Positions 28,608 to 38,180 of a DNA stretch of 64,000 nt are shown piece after piece. Within the stretch, counting starts at the first letter, position 1; every line of letters begins with the position of its first letter. The translations under genes were made by a program, and so were the position numbers. The notes beneath the pieces were generated by a model, which did not search any database, was not told the DNA's origin, and saw only the letters and a program-made list of their open reading frames with translations. The stretch comes from an uncultured Bacilli bacterium. Its GTDB lineage: Bacteria; Bacillota_I; Bacilli_A; RF39; UBA660. The stretch spans positions 328,067 to 392,066 of the forward strand of contig CAKOXW010000001.1 of assembly GCA_934130375.1 (NCBI GenBank). Direction: 5' to 3'.

Positions 28608-29657
28608 TTAGATATTGTTTTTTATAATCAAAAGAATACTATTAATTTCTTTTAAATCTTTGTTATTTATAATTATTGATTTTTTTAAATCAACTTTATT
28701 TTTCTTAATTACTTGATTTAGTGATTCATCATCATTATATATAATATTATTTATCTTAATATTCATTTTTCCAAAAAAATGAGTAAAGAATACTTTATTT
28801 GTTTTTGTTATAAACAATTTATTTTGAGGAAGTTTATCAAGTAATTGCATCGCCACCAATAATTCTTTTGAATCAAATATTACATTGTTTAAATAGTCAT
28901 CAATATAGGACATTACAATTGGACATAACTCATCATTTTTTCTGAATAAACCCCATTTAATAGTTTTCTTATAATCATTACTAAATTTTTCCTTATATTT
29001 TTTATAAAAATCCTTTTCATATTTAAAAAGAAACTCATCTAAACAAATATATATATTCTCTATCTTTTCTTTAGGTTTAATCTTTTTAAATTTGTAATCA
29101 GCAACAACATCTCTATATGGTCTTGTTTCTTCTTTTAAATTAAATTCAGAAAAAGAATTTACAAATTTTCTTAATGCAATGTTTAATTCTTCTTTTTTTG
29201 ATTCTTCTTGTTCGGAAATAATTTCAAATTCAATAAAACCGCCTATATTTGGTAATGTATCAATCATTATGCTATACCTATATTTTTCATCAGTTTTAAA
29301 GAAAGTATATCTTTCTTTTTCAACTTTGCAGTATGAATAAAATCCTAATGAAGTAAATAAACTAACAAAGTTGTCATATTCATTTATATCTGCTGATATA
29401 TTATTTTCTAATTTACAATATTGACCCAAAAGTGATGAAGATTTCCCCTTGAAAGTTATTTCCATATCTTTATTATTAGTCTTACGAATTCTAAGACATG
29501 TCCTGTTTTCAATAAATTCACTATCAATATCTGTAAAATATTCATCATTTTCAATTTTAATAGGTAATTCTATAAACTTCATATTTTTTATTTTTTCAAT
29601 TATCTTTTTGGGGTTAAAATAATAATATTTTTGTTCAGTTTCTACTTTTATTTTCAT
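28608..29657 (-). CDS. CYTH-domain protein, paralogue of the adjacent gene, with a divergent C-terminal domain
   Basis: The N-terminus aligns with 27274..28545 (..ENDEYFTDIDSEFIENRTCLRIR..). The C-terminal 170 aa are unassigned. Confidence 0.45.
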   Translation of the reverse strand: MKIKVETEQKYYYFNPKKIIEKIKNMKFIELPIKIENDEYFTDIDSEFIENRTCLRIRKTNNKDMEITFKGKSSSLLGQYCKLENNISADINEYDNFVSLFTSLGFYSYCKVEKERYTFFKTDEKYRYSIMIDTLPNIGGFIEFEIISEQEESKKEELNIALRKFVNSFSEFNLKEETRPYRDVVADYKFKKIKPKEKIENIYICLDEFLFKYEKDFYKKYKEKFSNDYKKTIKWGLFRKNDELCPIVMSYIDDYLNNVIFDSKELLVAMQLLDKLPQNKLFITKTNKVFFTHFFGKMNIKINNIIYNDDESLNQVIKKNKVDLKKSIIINNKDLKEINSILLIIKNNI

Positions 29658-29658
29658 A

Positions 29659-30708
29659 TTATTTATCCTTCCTTATTTTAGCAATCATATAAGTTCCTAA
29701 AATATTAGTAAACTTATAATAATCAACGCTATGATTATTAAAATTATGTTCAATAATTTTTTTGAATTGAGATTCATTTAAAAAACAACTACCAGCATCT
29801 TTTAAAAACTTAGTATATAACCACTTATTCAAAAAATTAGGTAATCCCCCAGCTTCCCTTGGATTACATATTTCTACTATTAAAACTTCATACTTAGAAA
29901 TTTTATTTAATAATAATAGCATATTGTTTATTGCATTAACATCATTCATATGATGTAGTGTATTTTTACAAAAAGCAACATCATAACTACAATCTTTAAT
30001 ATTATTAAAGTTTGCATCATCATTAGTATATACAACATTTTCATTCGTTTTTTCTTCCATGTACTTTATGCAAATGTCATTACCCACAATAAGTTCATAA
30101 TTTTTATTTAAAGCAATATCAAATATATCTTTGTTATCACCGCAAGATATATCAATAATTGATTTTTTTAACGGTAGAAGTTTTGATATTAATTCATTAA
30201 ACTCTTTTTTTCTTCGTTTTTTATAAGTAAGAAGATATTTTTTTATAAATTTTTCATGAAACTTATACCTTCCAATATATTTTTGACTAGTTTGTATCTC
30301 TTTTGAAACACTACTTGATAAGTAATACATTTCAAAATGTTTTTTGTGATAATCTACAAGTTTTTTATATTTAGAAGGAATTTTTTTTATGTCAAATCTT
30401 TTCAGTTTTGTTGTCAAATTATTTACAACCCTAATTGCTATAACAAGCGTTGAACCACAAAAACAAACAGGGTAGTAATTTATTATATCTATTTTATATT
30501 TTTTACTTACTCTTTTGATTAAATTTAAAATATCTTTTTGATTAACATAATCAATAAATCTGTTTTCACTTAAATAATAATAATACTTATCATCATACAC
30601 TAAAAGTATAATGTCTTTCTGAGAAATGTTGAGATTAATTTTTTTTAAATCATAGTGTTCTTTATAAAAATCATATATATTATTTTTCATATTCAATTTC
30701 CTCATCAA
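29659..30708 (-). CDS. Class I SAM-dependent methyltransferase with an N-terminal unknown domain
   Basis: Motif I IDISCGDN... and post-I acidic ..VGNDIC. Motif IV region AFCKNTLHHM. Confidence 0.55.
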   Translation of the reverse strand: MMRKLNMKNNIYDFYKEHYDLKKINLNISQKDIILLVYDDKYYYYLSENRFIDYVNQKDILNLIKRVSKKYKIDIINYYPVCFCGSTLVIAIRVVNNLTTKLKRFDIKKIPSKYKKLVDYHKKHFEMYYLSSSVSKEIQTSQKYIGRYKFHEKFIKKYLLTYKKRRKKEFNELISKLLPLKKSIIDISCGDNKDIFDIALNKNYELIVGNDICIKYMEEKTNENVVYTNDDANFNNIKDCSYDVAFCKNTLHHMNDVNAINNMLLLLNKISKYEVLIVEICNPREAGGLPNFLNKWLYTKFLKDAGSCFLNESQFKKIIEHNFNNHSVDYYKFTNILGTYMIAKIRKDK

Positions 30709-31567
30709 TAAACATTTGAGCAGTTTTTGTAAGATTATTATCTATTTTAACAATATTTATTTCCATTTTTGGAAACATAAAATCAATATCAACTTTCTCA
30801 ATAATACCTGCTTTAACTAAATAGTCAATTGCCGGTTCAACAACATAACCAATTCCAAGGTTTCTTCTAACAGAATCAATAATTAAGTCCTCTGTTCCAA
30901 ATTCAAGTACAGGAACAATATCTAAACTTTGCTCATCAAATATCCTATTCAAGTTTTTTCTCAAAGAACTTCTTGCAATTGGAAGAATAATATTTTCGTT
31001 TTCAAGGTCATTAATTGTTTTAATGATTGCATCGTTTCTTGTAGATTTTATAAAGCATGTCTTTAAAGCACATATTGGAGTTATAGATATATTATTGTAT
31101 ATTGTATCTATTGGTGCTGCATCTATAATAAAATCGACTTTTCTACTAACCAATTGCTCAATCAATTGGTTAGTTGACATATCAATTAATTCAATTTTAA
31201 TTTTAGGATGTTTTAATCTAAAGTCATCAATTTTACTCATCAAATAATTTCTTACTATATGTGACTGAACTCCAATAACTAGTGTACCTTGTTCAACATC
31301 ATTTATAGCTATTAAAGCACGCTCGCAAGTTTCAAGTAAATCTTTTGTTTCTCTTAAACAATTATATAAAATTTCACCAGATGGTGTCAAAGATATTCCC
31401 TTATTCGCTCTATAAAAAAGTGCTACATTTAATGTTTCTTCTAATTTCGACATACTCTTACTTATTGCTGGTTGTGACATATATAATTTATTTGATGCTT
31501 CAAGAAAACTATTTGATGTCGCAACTTCTAAAAACATTTTTAAAGAATTTAAATTTATTTCGTTCAT
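30680..31567 (-). CDS. LysR family transcriptional regulator
   Basis: N-terminal HTH LKMFLEVATSNSFLEASNKLYMSQPAISKSMSKLE. Overlaps the methyltransferase gene by 29 nt. Preceded by a consensus promoter (TTGACA at plus 31610-31615 complement, 17 bp spacer, TATAAT at 31587-31592 complement). Confidence 0.8.
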   Translation of the reverse strand: MNEINLNSLKMFLEVATSNSFLEASNKLYMSQPAISKSMSKLEETLNVALFYRANKGISLTPSGEILYNCLRETKDLLETCERALIAINDVEQGTLVIGVQSHIVRNYLMSKIDDFRLKHPKIKIELIDMSTNQLIEQLVSRKVDFIIDAAPIDTIYNNISITPICALKTCFIKSTRNDAIIKTINDLENENIILPIARSSLRKNLNRIFDEQSLDIVPVLEFGTEDLIIDSVRRNLGIGYVVEPAIDYLVKAGIIEKVDIDFMFPKMEINIVKIDNNLTKTAQMFIDEEIEYEK

Positions 31568-31660
31568 ATCAAATCACCTTAAAATTATTATAATTTCAAT
31601 TTGATATAATGTCAATTGTCGTTTTTTTATATTTGGTATAACTTTAAGTAATACTAAAAA

Positions 31661-31682
31661 TAGAATAGCAATTGCTATTCTA
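31661..31682 (-). terminator. 22-bp perfect palindrome TAGAATAGCAATTGCTATTCTA followed by a U-run; terminator of the NUDIX gene and/or LysR-type operator
   Basis: Perfect inverted repeat overlapping the stop of 31680..32165. Minus-strand UUUUUAGU follows. About 95 bp upstream of the lysR start. Confidence 0.45.
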
Positions 31683-32165
31683 TAAGTCATTTTCAATAAT
31701 ATGCTCATATGTCTTTTTTACATTTGTTAATTTGTTTTTCAAAAAATCAGGTTTAATTGAAGATTTTTTTATATCTTTTTTATCAATCCATTTGTATATT
31801 ATATTTTTTCCTTCTTCTATTCCATTAAATTCATCATCTTTCATCAATTTAGAATTATCAGGAATGTTTACTAAATAACCCAAAATATATTGATGTTGAA
31901 CCTTTCCAGCAAATTCAAAAAAATATTCAGTAAACCATAATGGTCTTTCAACCACTGCATTTTTTTCACCTGTTTCCTCTTCAAGCTCCCTTAAAACCAC
32001 TTCTTCGCCAGTTTCTAATGTTGCAATTGCGCCACCAGGTAAAGCCCAGTTTTCATCACCTTTTCTTTTTTGAAATAGTATTTTGTTGTTTTTAATTATA
32101 ACGCCAACAGCTCTACAACTAAATTTAACATTTCCTATCATTAATCTGATATCATCTTTTTCCAT
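31680..32165 (-). CDS. NUDIX hydrolase
   Basis: Nudix box GGAIATLETGEEVVLRELEEETG. Confidence 0.75.
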   Translation of the reverse strand: MEKDDIRLMIGNVKFSCRAVGVIIKNNKILFQKRKGDENWALPGGAIATLETGEEVVLRELEEETGEKNAVVERPLWFTEYFFEFAGKVQHQYILGYLVNIPDNSKLMKDDEFNGIEEGKNIIYKWIDKKDIKKSSIKPDFLKNKLTNVKKTYEHIIENDL

Positions 32166-32195
32166 ATTTTCCTCCTATTTTGATTATATCATATA

Positions 32196-32927
32196 TTATG
32201 AAATAATACATTGTAAGTATTTTTTAACACTATCTGTATTATTATCACCAATTATAATTGTTGCATTTCGTTTCAACTCTTCACAAGAGTTTCCAACAGC
32301 AACTTTATTGCCTGATACTGCAATAAATAAGGGTATATCATTGGCATCGTTACCAAAAGCCATCGTATTCTTTGCATCAATATTTAACAATTTCATTAAA
32401 TATACTGCAGCTGTTCCTTTATTAGCATCTTTGGGCAATATACTAAACCAATAATATCCATTTTCGTATGCATTGTCTCTTTGATACTTAATTTCACATA
32501 AACCTTTTATTTCAGCTCTTAAAACGTTTAATTTTTCATTACTACCCTTTATCATGCATTGCTTAACATTTTTAATAAAACAAATATAGTTTTCTTTAGT
32601 TATTTCTATCTCTTTATCTTCAATCGCTGCAATTAATGACAAATCATTTGCCAGCGCTAATTCATAAATTTTTAAAATTACATTTGAATCTAAAGTTAGA
32701 TTATATAACACTTTATTTTCATAGTTATCATATAACTCTGTACCATATGAAGAAATGAAATATCTAAATCCAAGTTCATCACATATTTTCTTGACTTCAC
32801 TTCGAGCTCTACCTGTTGTTAAGATAATATTTTTAAATTTTTTTAATGTCTTTTTTGCTGTTTCAGAAATTTCCCCAGTATCACGTGCAATAGTACCATC
32901 TATATCAACAAATAACAATTTTTCCAT
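32196..32927 (-). CDS. HAD-IIB Cof-type phosphatase
   Basis: DIDGTI motif I. GNDANDIPLF motif IV (Cof family). Confidence 0.75.
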   Translation of the reverse strand: MEKLLFVDIDGTIARDTGEISETAKKTLKKFKNIILTTGRARSEVKKICDELGFRYFISSYGTELYDNYENKVLYNLTLDSNVILKIYELALANDLSLIAAIEDKEIEITKENYICFIKNVKQCMIKGSNEKLNVLRAEIKGLCEIKYQRDNAYENGYYWFSILPKDANKGTAAVYLMKLLNIDAKNTMAFGNDANDIPLFIAVSGNKVAVGNSCEELKRNATIIIGDNNTDSVKKYLQCIIS

Positions 32928-32931
32928 AATT

Positions 32932-33630
32932 TCACTTCCTTTTAATTATTTGATATTGTTCCTCGTATTGTTCATATTCCATGTTTCCACATAAATATTC
33001 AACAAACAAATTGCTTTTTTTATTCTTTGATAAATCTAATTCAAAATCAAACAATTCTTTAACAATAATTTTAACTTTTAACAATATAATTTTTAGTTCT
33101 TCTTTTGGCATATAAGCAATTGATCTTAAAAAATAATTAGTAACATTTGCTATAGCTAAATTTTTATTTAAATAATAATTTTTATATTCATCACTATCAA
33201 GATTTTCCTGTGATAATTTACTTCTATATATTGAAGGTACTAGATCAACATAAACCAAATTACCATTTTTTATAATGAAATTTCTCATATTTAAATCTAA
33301 TGCAGCATCAGAAGATAAAGTTTTTCTATAAATAATAAGTAATTTTTTATAACAATTAAGTTTATCATCTATTAATACATCTTTTTTTTCCATATAAGAT
33401 GCAAGACTTTCTCCAGGAATAAATTCTTGAATTTCAATATTTTTGCCGAATATTTTTTTATCAAAATAGAGTCTTGCAACATCAATACCTAATTTTTTTA
33501 AATCATCATAATATGCTTTGTGATTACAATCAAAGCTTAGCAGTATATTTTTTGAATATAAATCTGCAACATTCTCTATCTTAAAGACTTTATCCTTGAT
33601 AACTATTATTTTATTAAAAGAACCCTTCAC
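32932..33630 (-). CDS. Atypical protein-kinase-like fold protein
   Basis: Catalytic-loop-like LDLNMRNFIIKNGNLVYVDLV (D..N...D). No clear Gly-rich loop. Confidence 0.35.
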   Translation of the reverse strand: MKGSFNKIIVIKDKVFKIENVADLYSKNILLSFDCNHKAYYDDLKKLGIDVARLYFDKKIFGKNIEIQEFIPGESLASYMEKKDVLIDDKLNCYKKLLIIYRKTLSSDAALDLNMRNFIIKNGNLVYVDLVPSIYRSKLSQENLDSDEYKNYYLNKNLAIANVTNYFLRSIAYMPKEELKIILLKVKIIVKELFDFELDLSKNKKSNLFVEYLCGNMEYEQYEEQYQIIKRK

Positions 33631-34463
33631 TATTTAAATTCCTTTTTCAGAATTTTTATACTTTCTTTACAAAAATCAGAATCAAGTTTGTTTCTCTCAT
33701 AGCACCAATTGACAGCAGTATAAGCATCAAATATATTATAAAAATTAATCCTTTCGAGAATAGAATTGTCTATATTCTTAACACTTTTGTAGCCTTCCAT
33801 AAATATATCAAATTTTTCTTCACTTAATATCCTTTTCATTTTTAAAAAGTCAAATGCAGGATCTCCACTTTTCATGCTTTCAAAATCAATCAAATACTCT
33901 TTATCGCCAAATATTATATTACCAACCCTAAAGTCAAGATGTAGTATAACATTTTCGTATGTTCCCTTGATTGACTCAATTGAATTAATGATAGAACCAT
34001 ATATTATTTCGTTATTATCCAATACATTTTCTAAATTTTTATTCGATTTTTCAGCATATTTATATAAATAATTAATCCATGATTCGTTATTTTTGTCCAA
34101 AGGTTTAATTGTATGTAGTTTGCCTAACAAAATACCAATCTTAAATATTTGTTCATCAGATAACAATTCAATATCACTATCTGAATATGATTTACCTTCA
34201 ATGAAAGTTATAACATTGTATGACTTATCATTGATACTACCTGAAAAAACCAATTTTGGAGCATTAACTTTATCAGATATATATTCAATATACATTGCCT
34301 CACCTTTTTGTTTTTCCTCATTATATAAAATTTTAAATATGTATTTTTGTGTTTTTGAATAAGCAATATATACATTCGAACTATAAGAGTTTGTCACTTT
34401 ATCTAATCTATATATTACAATATCATGTTTTTTAAATTCTTCAATTATATTTTTTTCAATCAT
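33630..34463 (-). CDS. Phosphotransferase family kinase (APH/choline-kinase/CotS-like)
   Basis: Brenner motif region LHLDFRVGNIIFGDKEYLIDFE. Confidence 0.65.
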   Translation of the reverse strand: MIEKNIIEEFKKHDIVIYRLDKVTNSYSSNVYIAYSKTQKYIFKILYNEEKQKGEAMYIEYISDKVNAPKLVFSGSINDKSYNVITFIEGKSYSDSDIELLSDEQIFKIGILLGKLHTIKPLDKNNESWINYLYKYAEKSNKNLENVLDNNEIIYGSIINSIESIKGTYENVILHLDFRVGNIIFGDKEYLIDFESMKSGDPAFDFLKMKRILSEEKFDIFMEGYKSVKNIDNSILERINFYNIFDAYTAVNWCYERNKLDSDFCKESIKILKKEFK

Positions 34464-34464
34464 G

Positions 34465-35751
34465 TTACCTCTCCGTTTTAGTATAAATTATCTCTTTTTT
34501 TAAAATTATATTTTTTAATTTTTTTATTGAATATTTAATAAATCCAATTGGTCTAAAGCAAAACCAAATAAATGATAGCAAAATTGCTAGCAATGATCTT
34601 AATTTATTATCATCATTAATTCCAATAACTTTTAATTCGATGTAAGAAGATAATGACCACAATACAGGAATTAATAATGTAACAATATTAAACAAAGTAA
34701 AGTTTTTTGTTAAGAAAATATAAATATAATAACTAAGAAACATATATGGGATTATACAAAATTCAAATATATTTGCAGTACCTGCTATAGCCATTTTCAA
34801 TTTATTAATATAATGTCTTTTTGCTTTTTTTATTTCACTTACATATGTCAAAATGCCCTTAAATATTAAAGTTGAACTACTAAAATATCCCTTTAAATCA
34901 TTTGGAATCAAAGAATAATTTGGAGTATATAAATATTCACATTTTTTACCATATATTGAATATCTGTATCCTAAAGTTAAATCATCAACAAATATTGGAA
35001 ACAAATCATATTGAATCAATGTACTCAATTTTAGATGCATGCAAGCTCCCATAAAATATTTTGGAACATTTAAATTTAATAAAGTACTTAACTGAAATTT
35101 AAATTTTTCAATAGCAAGAGACCTTACCATATGTTGTAGACTATAAATTGTCATTATAATGCTTTTATTAGTCATTTCCGAATAATTTTTTATTGCAAGA
35201 GGTATCTGTTGTACCATATCTGGCTTATTTTTATTTTGTACTACTTTATTGAGTTCATTAAAAGTATTTTTTTCTGGTCTCGAATCGAAATCAAATACAG
35301 AAATGTAAGTATTATCTAAATCTATATTCTTTGACTTCAATTGTAATATTGCATAATTCATTTGCGATGATTTATTACCCTCTGTTTTAGGGTAATGAAG
35401 ATGTAAAAATCTATTATCCTTTACCTTTTTTAAATACTCATTTACAACTTTATTAGTTGTTTCACTTTTTATGTTATTTTTTTTGAATTCATTTTCTTCT
35501 TTTTCAGTTGTAATAATTACATATTTTATATTTCCTTTGTATTTAATATTTTTAAACCAATCAATTGTTTCTTTAACAATTTTCTGTTCTTTTAAGGCAG
35601 GAAGCAAGACATAAATGTCGACATATTCTTTTACCTTGTATTTTTTTTGCTTTTTTATAATTATCTTATCAAGCAAAATAGTCATTAATAAAACAAATGG
35701 AGCAATCAGATAGATATATACAATTATTTTAAATGCTATCATATTGTGCAC
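34465..35751 (-). CDS. Membrane-anchored family 2 glycosyltransferase-like protein
   Basis: N-terminal TM helix. VLLPALKEQ, DxD (VFDFDSRP), VDDLTLGYR. Four or more C-terminal TM helices. Confidence 0.5.
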   Translation of the reverse strand: MHNMIAFKIIVYIYLIAPFVLLMTILLDKIIIKKQKKYKVKEYVDIYVLLPALKEQKIVKETIDWFKNIKYKGNIKYVIITTEKEENEFKKNNIKSETTNKVVNEYLKKVKDNRFLHLHYPKTEGNKSSQMNYAILQLKSKNIDLDNTYISVFDFDSRPEKNTFNELNKVVQNKNKPDMVQQIPLAIKNYSEMTNKSIIMTIYSLQHMVRSLAIEKFKFQLSTLLNLNVPKYFMGACMHLKLSTLIQYDLFPIFVDDLTLGYRYSIYGKKCEYLYTPNYSLIPNDLKGYFSSSTLIFKGILTYVSEIKKAKRHYINKLKMAIAGTANIFEFCIIPYMFLSYYIYIFLTKNFTLFNIVTLLIPVLWSLSSYIELKVIGINDDNKLRSLLAILLSFIWFCFRPIGFIKYSIKKLKNIILKKEIIYTKTER

Positions 35752-37360
35752 CCCCTAATTGTTTATTTAAAATTTTAATTCCTTGTATAAAAAACGCTAA
35801 TTGTCTTTCTGGATAATCACTATGAAGACTTATCATTGATATAAATAACAAACCCTCAATTAGTTCAATATCATCGATAGAGATACAATTTTTATTAATT
35901 ATGCTATCAAAAGCACTATAATTTGATGCTTGTTTAAAAAACTTAAGCTTAAATCCTTTTTCGTTTTCATCAACTGTAAATAGATCATTTATAATTTCAT
36001 CATATCTACCATGATAACAATGTCTCAACTTAGCAATATCGTACCTATAATCTCCATATATTGTATCAATGACGAAATTACCCCTAGGATCAATGAATTT
36101 AAATATCATATTTCTTGGCGAAAATAATATATTAGAAAAAGCTGGATCTCCATGAACAATTGAAACATAATTAATAGAATCATTGCATATTCTAATTATT
36201 CTCTTTTCAAGTTTTTCTAAGCATTTATTTATTCCTAAATGTTTTTTTCCATCAATTATAACTTCATCAGATAATACAATATCTTTTCTATCCCATTTAT
36301 CAATTCTAGATTTAGTTTTTTTAATAAGCATTTCCTGCATATAGTCTCTAAATGATAGGGAAATTATTTTGTTTTTACTATATATATTCATCAAGTTTTC
36401 AAATAATTTTTCAAAAATATAATTTTTGTTATAATCCATCAATGGATAAAATGTAAAATATTCAGATAATGTTAAATAATCATAATATTCAATCCCATAT
36501 TCATTATCAAATTTATTATTTTTATAAAATTTCGGAGTTATTTTTTCAAAGTCTGTATTAGCAACTTCTTTATACCAATTCATTTCAGAAGAAATTTTAT
36601 TCCAAGTACTCTTTTTATGTAGTACTGATAGATTATCAAGAAATAAAGAATTAAAGTTTCGACAATTAAAATTCTTTTTGTTTGTCTCCATATAATTTTC
36701 TAAAGTTCCTATATCTTCCCAGCTAGTTGTCTTTTCAAGATAAACATCTTCTTTTTCCATATACTTATAAAAATATGATGACAATTGATATTCAGCTCCA
36801 TCTTTATCTTCTTCTAATATTTTCTTTAATAATTTGTAATTTTTAAAATAGTATAACCCAATAGCTGCATAAGAAGCATTAGTTTTTTGAGGTTTGTCCT
36901 CTAAATTAATTATTTTATCGTTACTGTCAGTACTTATCATACAATACATATTTGCCTTTTCATTCGCAATTTTTTGGCCTACAATAAAACTTTTAGAATA
37001 ATCAGTCGGATATTCGCATAATGTATCGCCCAATAGTAGAATTGTTTTTTTCTTTATTAAATCTTTTGTCATTCTTAATGCAATACCAGGCCCAGAAAAG
37101 TCTCTTTGAACAACATATTTAAAATCAATTTTAATGTTATTAAATGAATTTTTCATAAATTGTTCTATTAAATACCTATTTTCATCATTTACAACAAATG
37201 TTATATCTGTTAATCCATCTTTAATTAATGGAATAAGCATGTTGTATATTGATGGCATTTGTTTAACACTTAACAATGCTTTGGGCATATTTAGTGTTAA
37301 AGGATACAATCTTGTTCCGTGACCTGCCATTAACACAATTAATTGTTTATCTTTATACAT
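35729..37360 (-). CDS. Bifunctional sugar/phospho-alcohol nucleotidyltransferase (LicC-like) fused to a C-terminal APH-fold kinase (LicA/choline-kinase-like)
   Basis: N-terminal LMAGHGTRLYPLTLNMPKALL (NTP_transferase G-x-G-T-R-L). C-terminal VHGDPAFSNILF...FIDPRG (HGD...N...D kinase motifs). 543 aa. Confidence 0.65.
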   Translation of the reverse strand: MYKDKQLIVLMAGHGTRLYPLTLNMPKALLSVKQMPSIYNMLIPLIKDGLTDITFVVNDENRYLIEQFMKNSFNNIKIDFKYVVQRDFSGPGIALRMTKDLIKKKTILLLGDTLCEYPTDYSKSFIVGQKIANEKANMYCMISTDSNDKIINLEDKPQKTNASYAAIGLYYFKNYKLLKKILEEDKDGAEYQLSSYFYKYMEKEDVYLEKTTSWEDIGTLENYMETNKKNFNCRNFNSLFLDNLSVLHKKSTWNKISSEMNWYKEVANTDFEKITPKFYKNNKFDNEYGIEYYDYLTLSEYFTFYPLMDYNKNYIFEKLFENLMNIYSKNKIISLSFRDYMQEMLIKKTKSRIDKWDRKDIVLSDEVIIDGKKHLGINKCLEKLEKRIIRICNDSINYVSIVHGDPAFSNILFSPRNMIFKFIDPRGNFVIDTIYGDYRYDIAKLRHCYHGRYDEIINDLFTVDENEKGFKLKFFKQASNYSAFDSIINKNCISIDDIELIEGLLFISMISLHSDYPERQLAFFIQGIKILNKQLGGAQYDSI

Positions 37361-37364
37361 ATTA

Positions 37365-38180
37365 TCACCTCATTATCTTATTTATCAATTTTTTACTTTT
37401 TTCATTTTCCACACCAATTAAATCACCAGGTTTATGAAAATCACTTCCACATGTAGTTAATAAATCATATTTTTTTGCTAAAAATTCGTAATACTCGTTT
37501 TTCATTTTAGAATTCTTACTTAAATTTGTTATTTCAATTCCCATTAATCCTATTTCCTTCAAATGAGATATAAAACAATCAAGTTCTTCATCAGACAATT
37601 TCAAAGTACAAGGATGCGCTAGCACAGGTATTCCACCACTTTTTAATATTACATTTATAGTATCTTCTAATGGAAATTTTGCAGTTGGTTCATAATACTT
37701 TGACATTTTTCCAGTATATAAATCACCAGCCTCGCTCATGCTTGAGGCATACCCTGCTTCTACAAGCATTCGTCTTATTAATCCCTTACTCATATTGCAA
37801 TTTTTATATTTATCTAAATTTAAATTAAATTTGTAATCATTTTTTAAATGTTCAAGTAATCTTTTGCATATAAATAAATTTTCTAATTGCACTTTTTTCA
37901 AGTATGTTTTAACCATATCAATATCATTTATTCCATATCCTAAAATATGCATGTGATTATATTTCTCTATACTAAACTCTATTCCAGGTAATAAAATCGT
38001 TTTACACTTATTATCAAAGTTGTTTAATGTTTGATTCTCGGTTATAAAATCATGATCTGTAATACACAAGCATTCTAATCCTAATTCATTTGATTTTTCA
38101 ACTAATTTAGAAGGTTCAAAAACACCATCTGAATTAGTGGAATGTACGTGTAAATCGTAATACATTTGATTTTTCTCCAC
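37365..38180 (-). CDS. PHP-domain phosphoesterase (TrpH/YciV-like)
   Basis: DLHVHSTNSDG...ITDHD PHP motifs. The true start is possibly MYYDLH at 38165. Confidence 0.7.
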   Translation of the reverse strand: MEKNQMYYDLHVHSTNSDGVFEPSKLVEKSNELGLECLCITDHDFITENQTLNNFDNKCKTILLPGIEFSIEKYNHMHILGYGINDIDMVKTYLKKVQLENLFICKRLLEHLKNDYKFNLNLDKYKNCNMSKGLIRRMLVEAGYASSMSEAGDLYTGKMSKYYEPTAKFPLEDTINVILKSGGIPVLAHPCTLKLSDEELDCFISHLKEIGLMGIEITNLSKNSKMKNEYYEFLAKKYDLLTTCGSDFHKPGDLIGVENEKSKKLINKIMR

